The notes under the pieces: model-generated
Told to the model about the DNA's origin: nothing
The model's input: the letters and a program-made list of their open reading frames with translations, nothing else
Databases searched by the model: none
Translations under genes and position numbers: made by a program
Shown: positions 39,113-47,832 of the stretch, piece after piece
Numbering within the stretch: the first letter of the stretch is position 1
Layout: the number at the start of each line of letters is the position of its first letter
Assembly: GCA_903893545.1 (NCBI GenBank)
Contig: CAITMJ010000033.1
Location: 8,069 to 72,068, forward strand
Direction: 5' to 3'
Source of the DNA: an uncultured Chlamydiae bacterium
GTDB taxonomy: Bacteria > Chlamydiota > Chlamydiia > Chlamydiales > SM23-39
DNA: 64,000 nt

Positions 39113-41296
39113 CTATCCCGGCCATCCTGGTGGAGAGCTCGCTACGTTAATTCCGAAATTAGGAGTTGTCACTTCAAACCAAGGCTCTAAAGGCTTGGGA
39201 AATTGGGCTTCAATTGAGGTAATGGGGACAGAAAATGTAACCCCTTCTAACAACTGTTGCGTTTGTGTCGAGTAGGCGTTCGCAGCGCTCGATGGAGTCA
39301 CAATCTGTCTTTGTAAATTGATGTTAAATACATACGTTTGGCTATTGTATTGGAACTCGACCTGGAATGGGTGAGTTGCATCGACATAGACATTGAAGTA
39401 GTCTGTATTTCCTGAAGTGGGAGGCACAATCGTATTTTGCAAAATCTGCGTGCCATCAGATGACTTATAATAATACATGAATGAAACAGTCACTCCATTG
39501 GGTGCAGGAGTAAGACTCACAGAATAGGTATACGTATCGTTGTTTATGTCCATCTCTTGAACGGGTGTGAGCGATAAACTCTCCATCACAACGACGACAT
39601 ACGGGCTATTTTGGGTAGAATCGCTTGTGTCGGTATACGGGTTTCCATTGCCATCTTGCACTGGCATCGCCATCAGTCCCGCCATCCCGAGTAAGTCATC
39701 ATAATCATACGCGTAGCCGAGGCCGAGATTGACATTATTCAACACGGCATAAGGCAAAGAAGAACTCGCAACCCCTTGCCCATCCAAATTTTGGTGCAAG
39801 GCATCGACGTACAAATTGTTCCAAGGACCGCCTGTCCAAGTCGAAGGAATCCCGGGAATCGCCTGAAAATAACTATTCTTATTCGGACTGACAGGATCTA
39901 ACTCTCCAAATCCCCCAGGAGGAACCTCGGCAGGCGCATTGAACGAAGAGGCTGCCTTAGAAACAAAGGGAGAGGTAAATGGAGCAATCACTGGCATTTG
40001 CCCAATACTAAATAAGGCACTCACAGCTTTTGATAGCTCATTGGTATAGCCGACCGCAATGGCTGGGCTAAATGGCCAAACCGATCCGCTAAGAAGCTGC
40101 TCTGTAGTGACCTCAGTGTCTCCTGTTGTCGAAGTCGGCACCCCATCGTAAAATAACTGAAGCTGTGTTGTCGGAGGGACGGGAGCTGTTCCCGAGCCGG
40201 TAAATTGCAAAAGCCCAGTCGTCCCGGAAACCGACGTCAATGTATACGTATTTGATGTCGTGTTCTCTGGAGGGGTGATCGTAAATGTGAAACTATGGGA
40301 AAGATAATAATTATATAACGCCAACATATACGACTGGCCGGTTAAAGGCCCATTGCTTGTATTCGATGTATAATCGGAAGGGAAATATTGGGCCGGATTG
40401 GTTGTCGAACTTACATTTTTAAATTGTGTTGTACTCCCTAAAGCGATGCTATTTTTCGCAGCCAATACTCGAGTGCTTCCAATGCGATTGGTTCCAGATA
40501 CAATGTAAGGATTTGCATAAAAAGGGATCTCCAAGCCCAGCCAAGCATTCTTTAAAGGGGCTGCGCTAAAAACGGTATTCATATTGTTGATTACGTTTTC
40601 CCGTGTCAGATTTGTCAACGTACCGGAATAGGGTTGCCCTAGGTTTAAAGGATCTGTCCCTGTCCCTGTATAACTATACGCAGCCAGATGCATCGGAAGG
40701 CAAAAATAATCGACCCAAGACAAGTTGATGTACAAGGTCGTGGCGACTGTCGATGTCGTATTTGCAGCCGGGTCATAATTGACCAGGCCAAACTCAAAAT
40801 CTTGATAGAGCGTATAGTAATTTACATCGTTGAGCGCTGTGACAGAGCTATCTCCAATATCCAATACCATTCTCGAAGGAGCCGGATTAAAAATTGTCGG
40901 CAAATACATCGGCTGCCCGATAGAAATATATCCTCTTGCAGAGCTACAGACCGGCAAGTAGATCACAAAGGCATCGCCTGGCTGTGGGTTTATATTCTTC
41001 GCCGGAGGCAACTGATCGAAGGTGATACTCAGCGCTGCAGAACTCGGAGTTCCATCTACATTCGGATAGACATAACTACAAATCCCCGTCGTCAAATCGG
41101 GGACCAAATAGCAAGGAAGGCCGCAGGGATCTAGCGCATGGGCAATGAAATAGAGTTGATCATCTGCCTGCCCTGTATTGTTGACGAGCACCACGGGCAC
41201 ACAATTTGGAATCGGCGCAGGAGCGATTGCGGCTGGAGCTGCCATAGCGCCTCGCATCGCCCATAAAATATACACAATATAAAGCAATCTCTTCAT
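39113..41296 (-). CDS. Secreted 727-aa protein with GH64 (beta-1,3-glucanase / thaumatin-like superfamily) signatures
   Basis: Signal peptide MKRLLYIVYILWAMRGAMA. VVLVNNTGQADDQLYF, IYLPVCSSARGYISIG, DFEFGL...INLSWVDYF and LGYAYDYDDLLG parallel GH64 landmarks recalled from memory. The CDS itself is solid; the function call is tentative. Confidence 0.55.
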   Translation of the reverse strand: MKRLLYIVYILWAMRGAMAAPAAIAPAPIPNCVPVVLVNNTGQADDQLYFIAHALDPCGLPCYLVPDLTTGICSYVYPNVDGTPSSAALSITFDQLPPAKNINPQPGDAFVIYLPVCSSARGYISIGQPMYLPTIFNPAPSRMVLDIGDSSVTALNDVNYYTLYQDFEFGLVNYDPAANTTSTVATTLYINLSWVDYFCLPMHLAAYSYTGTGTDPLNLGQPYSGTLTNLTRENVINNMNTVFSAAPLKNAWLGLEIPFYANPYIVSGTNRIGSTRVLAAKNSIALGSTTQFKNVSSTTNPAQYFPSDYTSNTSNGPLTGQSYMLALYNYYLSHSFTFTITPPENTTSNTYTLTSVSGTTGLLQFTGSGTAPVPPTTQLQLFYDGVPTSTTGDTEVTTEQLLSGSVWPFSPAIAVGYTNELSKAVSALFSIGQMPVIAPFTSPFVSKAASSFNAPAEVPPGGFGELDPVSPNKNSYFQAIPGIPSTWTGGPWNNLYVDALHQNLDGQGVASSSLPYAVLNNVNLGLGYAYDYDDLLGMAGLMAMPVQDGNGNPYTDTSDSTQNSPYVVVVMESLSLTPVQEMDINNDTYTYSVSLTPAPNGVTVSFMYYYKSSDGTQILQNTIVPPTSGNTDYFNVYVDATHPFQVEFQYNSQTYVFNINLQRQIVTPSSAANAYSTQTQQLLEGVTFSVPITSIEAQFPKPLEPWFEVTTPNFGINVASSPPGWPG

Positions 41297-41310
41297 CTTT
41301 CTACCTTGCC

Positions 41311-42384
41311 CTAGAAATCCACTTGCATAGACGCATTTATCCCTTGTAAACCAAGATCTCCCTGAGAAGGCTGTCCCGCTCCAGGCGCTTGATCGATAAA
41401 GAAGTAGTTAAAGAGCTGATTTTGATCAAACCAACTCATCATTTCGTATCCTACAGAAACGGAAAGCCGTCTCTTTTGACTGTTGAAAAACATCGCCCAC
41501 TTCGCCCCTACAGCCAGTTCCATCGCATAAGCATTTTGAAAAAACGAGTCCTCTGCATCGAGTAACTCCAGATCGGCGGCGCCAGACATGACCCCTTTTT
41601 GCTCCGTGGCAAATCTTCCGAATAAAAGAGAGGCAGCTCCATTGGCATACAAGCTCCACTGCTTGTTCAGAAACCAGTTGGTTCTCACGCCGGGCTTTAG
41701 CCCCCAACCATCAAAATTATTCTGCATCGACATAGAGACGTTTTCGGCCCCGGCTCCTCCACCAGTTTGATTGAGAAAGGATCCATTGTTATAAGAGCTC
41801 TTTACCTGTTGATGAATAAACGCCCCTGTAAATGCCATGTAAGGATCGATAGAGACCCTACTTGTCGCAAACGATGATCTCGCTAGGCAAAGATCCAATG
41901 TATTGAAGTGGAGAGTCCAGCTTAAAGAGGCATCTTCTGCTACGAACGCTGCCATGCGGAAGCCAGCGGGGAACCAGGTCGCAATGAGAGTATCTGTCGC
42001 AAGAGATGAAATGGATGCAGAACTCTGCGAATGGCTTTGATAGTAGGTCCAAATCAAAGAAGCCTCCCAAGACTGCGCTTCGAACCGATACCCCGCCAAC
42101 AATCGAAATCCGGGATTCCACGAAAAATCGACATCGTGAGAAGTCCCATTGGGCAAAGGTCCCTGTCGATTGTAATGACCTATCGCTGCCGGGTAAATCT
42201 CAGGAAACGTCCATGCGTAAGAAAGACCATCTTGATCTGCCGCCATATACAAAAATTCAGCGCCGACAAATCCATATCCATAGTTTGCCGGGAACGTTGA
42301 CGGGACCTTTTCCCCTACAGCTGCAAAGATACCGACCCACGCAAGGAGACAAGCAAAGGAGAGAGAGTTTCGCAATCGGTTCAT
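41311..42384 (-). CDS. MOMP-like outer-membrane porin paralog 1
   Basis: 357 aa, signal peptide, AEFLYMAADQDGLSYAW, DFSWNPGFR, WTLHFNTLDLCLARS, terminal MQVDF. Confidence 0.75.
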   Translation of the reverse strand: MNRLRNSLSFACLLAWVGIFAAVGEKVPSTFPANYGYGFVGAEFLYMAADQDGLSYAWTFPEIYPAAIGHYNRQGPLPNGTSHDVDFSWNPGFRLLAGYRFEAQSWEASLIWTYYQSHSQSSASISSLATDTLIATWFPAGFRMAAFVAEDASLSWTLHFNTLDLCLARSSFATSRVSIDPYMAFTGAFIHQQVKSSYNNGSFLNQTGGGAGAENVSMSMQNNFDGWGLKPGVRTNWFLNKQWSLYANGAASLLFGRFATEQKGVMSGAADLELLDAEDSFFQNAYAMELAVGAKWAMFFNSQKRRLSVSVGYEMMSWFDQNQLFNYFFIDQAPGAGQPSQGDLGLQGINASMQVDF

Positions 42385-42395
42385 GATATCCTCGC

Positions 42396-43463
42396 TTAAA
42401 AATCCAATCGTATCGATAGAGAAAGGCCTTGCATTTCTAAATCTGAACGCCTTTCGTAGTTTTGCGCAAACGTCGTATTCACTTGAGAAAAGAGGTTTTG
42501 TTTAAACCAAATAATCCCTTCGTACTGAGCAGCGATCGCCACGCGCAAATTCGCTCGAGTCGGAGAAGTTTGCCACTGCAAGCCAAGCGCGCTTTGCAAT
42601 CCTATGCGCGTCCTTTGAGAAGATTTGCGCATTTTCAAGTCTCCATCTGCAAGCTCCGGCACGAGCCACTTCTGGTCGATCTCAAAAACGCCGTGGACAA
42701 TGTAACTTGCAATCGTCCCTAGCACGCTCCAAGAAGAGGATAAATTCCATTGAGGACTAGCTCGTAAAAACAGCCCTCCTGCAGAATACGAACTCTCTAA
42801 TTCCGGTCGCAGGGTTACTTCGGAAGGGATGATTGTATATTGCGTCGATGCGGCGGTTGCATTCTGTTCATTGACATCGAGGCCTTGATGAATCCACACG
42901 CCTGCGGCTCCAAAAGAAAGATCTGTCGAAAGATTTTTGCCGAGGAAATAAGAGCGAGAAAGCCCCCCATCGATCAAATTGTAGTGCAAATGCCACTTTG
43001 CAGACATCTGCGTCATATCTGCCGATTCGATAATCCCAACTCCATCATTCCACACACCGTTATTTAAGAGTCCATTGCCAGCTGCTACCTCAGTCTTTTG
43101 CGAAGCGCTCGTAAAAAACCGAGTCCAAAACGCTTTGAGTTCCCAATCATCGGGCAAATTTCTCACGCCCACTGAAATTCTCGATCCAGGGCTCCACTGA
43201 AAATCGACCTCGCGGACAGAAACGCCTTGCATGATTTGAACAGGCAAAAGAGTATTGCTTAAAAGGTCGTATTCCAATCCATCTTGCCTTGCAATCCAAA
43301 AGAGAAAGTCTCCGCGTACAATCGTGTAAATCCCCTTTACAGTGGCAGACGCTGTAGGCGTGCAAGTTCCTATGGTCCCGTTGATAAACAGTTGCCGACA
43401 TCCCGGCTCTTCTCCAAAGAGGGCGCTTCCAAATACACAGAGTAACATTCCTATTTTCTTCAT
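42396..43463 (-). CDS. MOMP-like outer-membrane porin paralog 2
   Basis: 355 aa, GDFLFWIARQDGLEYDL, DFQWSPGSR, WHLHYNLIDGGLSRS, terminal IRLDF. Confidence 0.75.
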   Translation of the reverse strand: MKKIGMLLCVFGSALFGEEPGCRQLFINGTIGTCTPTASATVKGIYTIVRGDFLFWIARQDGLEYDLLSNTLLPVQIMQGVSVREVDFQWSPGSRISVGVRNLPDDWELKAFWTRFFTSASQKTEVAAGNGLLNNGVWNDGVGIIESADMTQMSAKWHLHYNLIDGGLSRSYFLGKNLSTDLSFGAAGVWIHQGLDVNEQNATAASTQYTIIPSEVTLRPELESSYSAGGLFLRASPQWNLSSSWSVLGTIASYIVHGVFEIDQKWLVPELADGDLKMRKSSQRTRIGLQSALGLQWQTSPTRANLRVAIAAQYEGIIWFKQNLFSQVNTTFAQNYERRSDLEMQGLSLSIRLDF

Positions 43464-43472
43464 TCCATCACC

Positions 43473-44579
43473 CTAGTAGTCGAACCGCGTTGCAAAGGAA
43501 AATCCTTGGAAACCTAAATTGCCGTTGGCCGAATAAAAATATCTGCTGTTTGAAGAGTTTACAAATGTGAACCTGCGCAATTGATTGAGGTGGATCCATT
43601 CGGATAAGTCATACATCACTTGGAAGGCGAGTTTTGACTGTTTTTTCCATGCACATTCCCATTCCGCTCCCAATCCCGCCTCGTAAGCAAAACGAGTTCG
43701 ATAAGATCTCTGATCTAAGACATCGTGCACACTGTAAGACAAGCTCGAAGCGCGATCAAACACAGCAGACAGATCCTGCTGCTCTAATTTATATTTGCCA
43801 AAATTCAAAGACCCCTGAAACCTTCCCAAAATCTTCCATTGATTCGACACCAGCCAAGACATTCCAAAGGTAGAAAAAAGACCCACTGCCTGAAAGTTAT
43901 TTTTTCCCTTAAAATAAGTCGGATTATTCACAACAGTTCCTCCTGCATAATTTGCCTGAAACTGCTGATTGATCCATGCGCCCTGCACTCCCGAATGGAC
44001 GCTAAGCGCCAGTTGAGAACTCGAAAAATAGGTCCGCTTGCAAGCGAAATTTACGACGTTATAGTGAAGATTCCAAGTCGCAGATGATTGTAAAACCGGA
44101 TTGTATCCGGTCTGGTATCCGGCTCCTAACCAAATGGGGGCGATATTGGCATTGTCTAAAGAATCGATGCTCGAAGAATTATTCATCGTTCCTACGAGCT
44201 GTGTCCAGCGGGCATAGACATCCCAATTGTCAAAAGGAGTGTGGATTCCTCCCTCTACGCGAACACCTGGTTTCCAGGAACCTCCGACCTTGGTAAACTT
44301 GCCATTGTCAATGATCGGTATCGTAGTAGGGTCAGTTCCTGGAGTCGTGCTCCCAAGAGAATCTTGGCGATAGGAGTATTCCAGCCCATCTTCGTACGAG
44401 GACCAGTACAAAAATTCTGCCTGAAGAAAAACTCCCCATGCGCGGGCCCTTGGACTCGCTATTTTCCCTTGGGCACGAGAGAACACATTGTATTCTTGGA
44501 TCTGCGGCACTGGCGCTGGCGTTTCTTTTGCAAAACCAGCAAAAGTTATCCCCAGAAGAAGAAAATAGACCTTTTTCAT
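43473..44579 (-). CDS. MOMP-like outer-membrane porin paralog 3
   Basis: 368 aa, AEFLYWSSYEDGLEYSY, GGSWKPGVR, WNLHYNVVNFACKRT, terminal TRFDY. Confidence 0.75.
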   Translation of the reverse strand: MKKVYFLLLGITFAGFAKETPAPVPQIQEYNVFSRAQGKIASPRARAWGVFLQAEFLYWSSYEDGLEYSYRQDSLGSTTPGTDPTTIPIIDNGKFTKVGGSWKPGVRVEGGIHTPFDNWDVYARWTQLVGTMNNSSSIDSLDNANIAPIWLGAGYQTGYNPVLQSSATWNLHYNVVNFACKRTYFSSSQLALSVHSGVQGAWINQQFQANYAGGTVVNNPTYFKGKNNFQAVGLFSTFGMSWLVSNQWKILGRFQGSLNFGKYKLEQQDLSAVFDRASSLSYSVHDVLDQRSYRTRFAYEAGLGAEWECAWKKQSKLAFQVMYDLSEWIHLNQLRRFTFVNSSNSRYFYSANGNLGFQGFSFATRFDY

Positions 44580-44679
44580 GCCCTGCCCACAAGGTTAAAG
44601 AACCTTTGTACATAGAAAAAATTTTATTCTCAACCAAGAACCTATCCTAATAAAATTTTTTCGTCAGAAATTAAGCCAA

Positions 44680-45576
44680 TTAAAGATCCAAAATCGCAAA
44701 TTCCATATCGGATACATCGCGATTATTCGGCAGATCATCCTTTGTAGGATGGGATTGATCTGGAGAAATTTCGTATTTTTCGACGAGGCGCTTGTTGATA
44801 TAGCTAAGTTCCATCACCCGTGGAAGGCGACCTGTAGAATTACTAGTAACAAAATGGTCTAGGCAATAATTATTTCCATGAACATGAACCAAGAGAAAGT
44901 CTTTGTCCAATGTTCTCAATAGATTGAGCGCCTCGGCAATCTGGTTATCTGCAGGAAAATGAATTTCTAGAACAATTCCTGTAATATCACGAGTGTGTTG
45001 CAAAAGATCTGGCAGCGTATCGTATTCATTCCCTTCAATGTCCATTTTCACAAAAAGCTTCTTGCCTCTTATGCCCAACATTTCAACCTGCTCATCAAAA
45101 GAGGCGTTCCTTCCTTCACTCATCTGTTTATTACTTACAATGCATAAAGGGACAAAATGACATAACTCATGTGTAGTCTCTACGGGAGGGCAAGTGCCAT
45201 CGAATCCCCAAGAGGGTTTCTCATAAATGGCTGCTACCGATTCTTCAAATGAAATATCATCTGAAATCCCATATCCCATTACGGCGTCAGCCTTCTGTAT
45301 TGCAATTTCAGGCACTACATAGCCGCCATCACGATCTCTCCCAATACGCCGAAGTTGAATAGGACCTTCTGCATCATAGGCTCGATACACGCGAAGAAGC
45401 CTTACGATATCATGAGTGTCGGGTGTTTCGGAAAGGAGGGAATGAAGGAGATGGGTCTTGAGGAAGACAATCGCTGGACTAACGACTCTTTTTAGCTCCT
45501 TATCGGATACAATAAAACCATATGCGCTTCCTATAACCAGAAGCGCTATTGCGTATTGAGCCCACTTCAATTTCAT
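44680..45576 (-). CDS. FkbM-family methyltransferase with N-terminal membrane anchor
   Basis: 298 aa. KLFVKMDIEGNEYDTLPDLL...IVLEIHF matches the FkbM pattern (KiDvEGaE...E.H). Confidence 0.7.
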   Translation of the reverse strand: MKLKWAQYAIALLVIGSAYGFIVSDKELKRVVSPAIVFLKTHLLHSLLSETPDTHDIVRLLRVYRAYDAEGPIQLRRIGRDRDGGYVVPEIAIQKADAVMGYGISDDISFEESVAAIYEKPSWGFDGTCPPVETTHELCHFVPLCIVSNKQMSEGRNASFDEQVEMLGIRGKKLFVKMDIEGNEYDTLPDLLQHTRDITGIVLEIHFPADNQIAEALNLLRTLDKDFLLVHVHGNNYCLDHFVTSNSTGRLPRVMELSYINKRLVEKYEISPDQSHPTKDDLPNNRDVSDMEFAILDL

Positions 45577-45671
45577 TCCAGCTCCATTTGTTTAGACGAA
45601 ACGATATATTCTGAGAATTTTTGAGACAATTGGAATCAGAACTTTTGATTGAAAAAAACTGAAAGATCCCA

Positions 45672-45716
45672 TTATACCCAATGTAATTCAGAAATCGGAT
45701 TTTGCCAAAGTTGGCG
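45672..45716 (+). repeat. 45-bp direct repeat, copy A
   Basis: ttatacccaatgtaattcagaaatcggattttgccaaagttggcg. 40 of 45 positions match copy B. Confidence 0.85.
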
Positions 45717-45741
45717 CTGTAGAAGAACCTAAAGGAACTAG

Positions 45742-46575
45742 ATGAGATGTAGATTATTCATTCTTTACCTGCTTGCCGCGGCTATTCCCCATGCAAACTC
45801 GAAAGTGTATGATTGCTTCTTGTTTCTCAACGAAGTGGAAGTCTTGGATATCCGCCTGCATGAGATGGCTCCTGTCGTCGATAAATTTGTGATTGTAGAG
45901 GCTATCGAAACTTTCCGCGGCAATCCCAAGGAGCTCGTCTTTGCGAAATTTGCGGACAGTTTCAAAGAATTCGCCGATAAGATCATTTATATTCCGATCG
46001 ATCATCACTTTGAATCGGAATGTGCTTGGAGGCGGGAGAAGTATCATAGAAACATGATTATAAAGGGATTGGAGGAATGCGAAGAAAATGATGTCATTCT
46101 GATCTCCGATGTCGATGAAATCGTTTCGGCAAAGAGCGTTAAGGAAATCGTCGTCGCTTTGCGCGGAAAGCAAAACTTGGTCGTTGCAGTCAACCAAAAA
46201 TTACACTCTTTCTTTCTCAACAGAGTCCCGGATGGCGCCTTATGGAGAGGAACGGTCGCGACCTCTTTTAATAAGTTGAAAAGACTTACTTGCGATGGAA
46301 CGAGATTACTTCGATACGACGTGCCGGGGGTTGGCAATGGCTGGCATTTCACGAATCAAGGGGGTTTGGAAAGGTATCTGTATAAACTCGGAGCTTACTC
46401 CCATTCTGAATGGGATACACCCGAATACAAAGAAGCCAAAAGAGAAGAAAGCCCAGTTTGGAGAACCTCTTCTGTACCCGTCGATGAATCATTCCCTCTT
46501 TACATTCGAGAAAACCAATCGTACTTCGAGGAAATCGGTTTTCTCTTGAGGTGTCCGTCGATCGATCAGCAATAA
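45742..46575 (+). CDS. Glycosyltransferase family 17-like (GnT-III type)
   Basis: 277 aa. KVYDCFLFLNEVEVLDIRLHEMAPVVDKFVIVEAIETFRGNPKEL matches the GT17 N-terminal signature. DVDE acidic motif present. Confidence 0.8.
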   Translation: MRCRLFILYLLAAAIPHANSKVYDCFLFLNEVEVLDIRLHEMAPVVDKFVIVEAIETFRGNPKELVFAKFADSFKEFADKIIYIPIDHHFESECAWRREKYHRNMIIKGLEECEENDVILISDVDEIVSAKSVKEIVVALRGKQNLVVAVNQKLHSFFLNRVPDGALWRGTVATSFNKLKRLTCDGTRLLRYDVPGVGNGWHFTNQGGLERYLYKLGAYSHSEWDTPEYKEAKREESPVWRTSSVPVDESFPLYIRENQSYFEEIGFLLRCPSIDQQ

Positions 46576-46590
46576 CATAGTCGATCCGTT

Positions 46591-47447
46591 TCATTTCTCA
46601 GGAAGCAGTTCCATTTCGACAGCATTAACCTCTAAGAAATTAGATTTACTGACTACCTTGCGACCACTTTTTTGCTCTAGCGCATGCCTTGCGTCGCCGG
46701 CGATTTCGCCACCCTCTTTGGCGGCTTTCTTATTTTGACGAAATCCTTGCGCATCTTTCTGAACGGCAATTTCTGTTGTCGATGCCTCTCCTAACATCGT
46801 GAAAATCAACTCGAGATGGGTCATATGATCTCTAAGATTTTGCCTTTGAAGCCCCTTCAACTTTTTGTGATCGGAAGGCTTGAGACCAAATGTCGCCTCG
46901 GCGATCTCTGCCGTAAGTATTGCATATTCTTTTTCTTCCTTAACGCCCCGTTTTTCCCATTCATTCGTCAATTGTTCGCGAATGGCTATACCGCGCATTC
47001 GCTTCTCAACCAGTCATCTGGATAGCCTTTGGCCTTGTATATGGCCCTGCCTCGTTTGGCAGCAAGCTCTGGGTCTTCTATCTCCTGAATGCGCTCGTAG
47101 CCAACTTTTGCCAGCCAACGCTTGAAAGGTTCGGCTTTTGGAGATGGAATAGACTGGATAATCCGAAAGAGAGTTTCTGTATTGGCAGTATCTGTTTCTC
47201 TCATTTTCCCATCAGGAGCCTGTAATTTCAATTGTACTGTTTTTGGGTACAGTTGAACGAACCCTTCATTTTCAGAGAGTTGTATCTTGAGATTAGACCA
47301 ATAGCGGCGAGGATTAGGACTTTCTGTCAAAACTGCAACTACATCAATAATAGAAAAATACCATTCGCCTTGGTGAAGGATTTTTCGGATCTGCTTCCCT
47401 CTAAAAACTGCGATTTTTAGTGAGGTTTCTTCAAGTGGTCCAGTCAT
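46591..47447 (-). pseudogene. Bro-N domain (phage antirepressor-like) gene split by a frameshift
   Basis: ORFs 46986-47447 (WYFSIIDVVAVLTES...IQSIPSPKAEPFKRWLAKVG) and 46591-46998 (MRGIAIREQLTNEWEKRGVKE...) are the two halves of one widespread family. Frames switch near 46990-47000 (DDWL|VEKRMRGIAIR). Confidence 0.75.
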
Positions 47448-47552
47448 ATGATCTACTCCTTAAGTACCAAGGCCACGAATTGTAAATTAGCTATAAAATA
47501 TTTTTATAGAAAAAAGAGAGATTATTTTGAAAATAGAAGAAACAAAATTTGT

Positions 47553-47738
47553 TTAACGAACAATCCACAGAGGTATAGGAACGTCACTGATCCAATTATA
47601 AACAGGGAACAGGAGGGCCACTCCGTTTTTTAGCCTCTTAACCTCGTAATCTACCGCTGGGAAGACTTGGAAATCTTCGGGGAGATTAAGATGGATGACT
47701 TGTAAATTCTTTGCTTCCTTTTTTCCATCATTTCTCAA
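47553..47738 (-). CDS. Possible orphan AbrB/VapB-like antitoxin remnant (61 aa)
   Basis: QVIHLNLPEDFQVFPAVDYEVKRLKNGVALLFPVYNW resembles the VagC/VapB pattern (RLPkeF...V.i.r.G..i.L.P...W). No PIN partner follows. Confidence 0.25.
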   Translation of the reverse strand: MRNDGKKEAKNLQVIHLNLPEDFQVFPAVDYEVKRLKNGVALLFPVYNWISDVPIPLWIVR

Positions 47739-47777
47739 TATGAGATTATGAGTAGATATAATTTCATCGTTGCCACT

Positions 47778-47793
47778 TCGAGTCCGGTCACCG
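47778..47793. repeat. Inverted copy of the tRNA-Leu(CAA) 3' end
   Basis: tcgagtccggtcaccg is the exact reverse complement of 47836-47851. By hand alignment 22 of 26 nt match when extended (47771-47796). Confidence 0.8.
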
Positions 47794-47794
47794 A

Positions 47795-47829
47795 CAAAAA
47801 AAAAGAGAGGCTTTGGCCTCTCTTTTTTC
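47795..47829 (-). terminator. Bidirectional-looking terminator after tRNA-Leu(CAA)
   Basis: A9-agagaggc-tttg-gcctctct-T6. Confidence 0.65.
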
Positions 47830-47832
47830 TGT

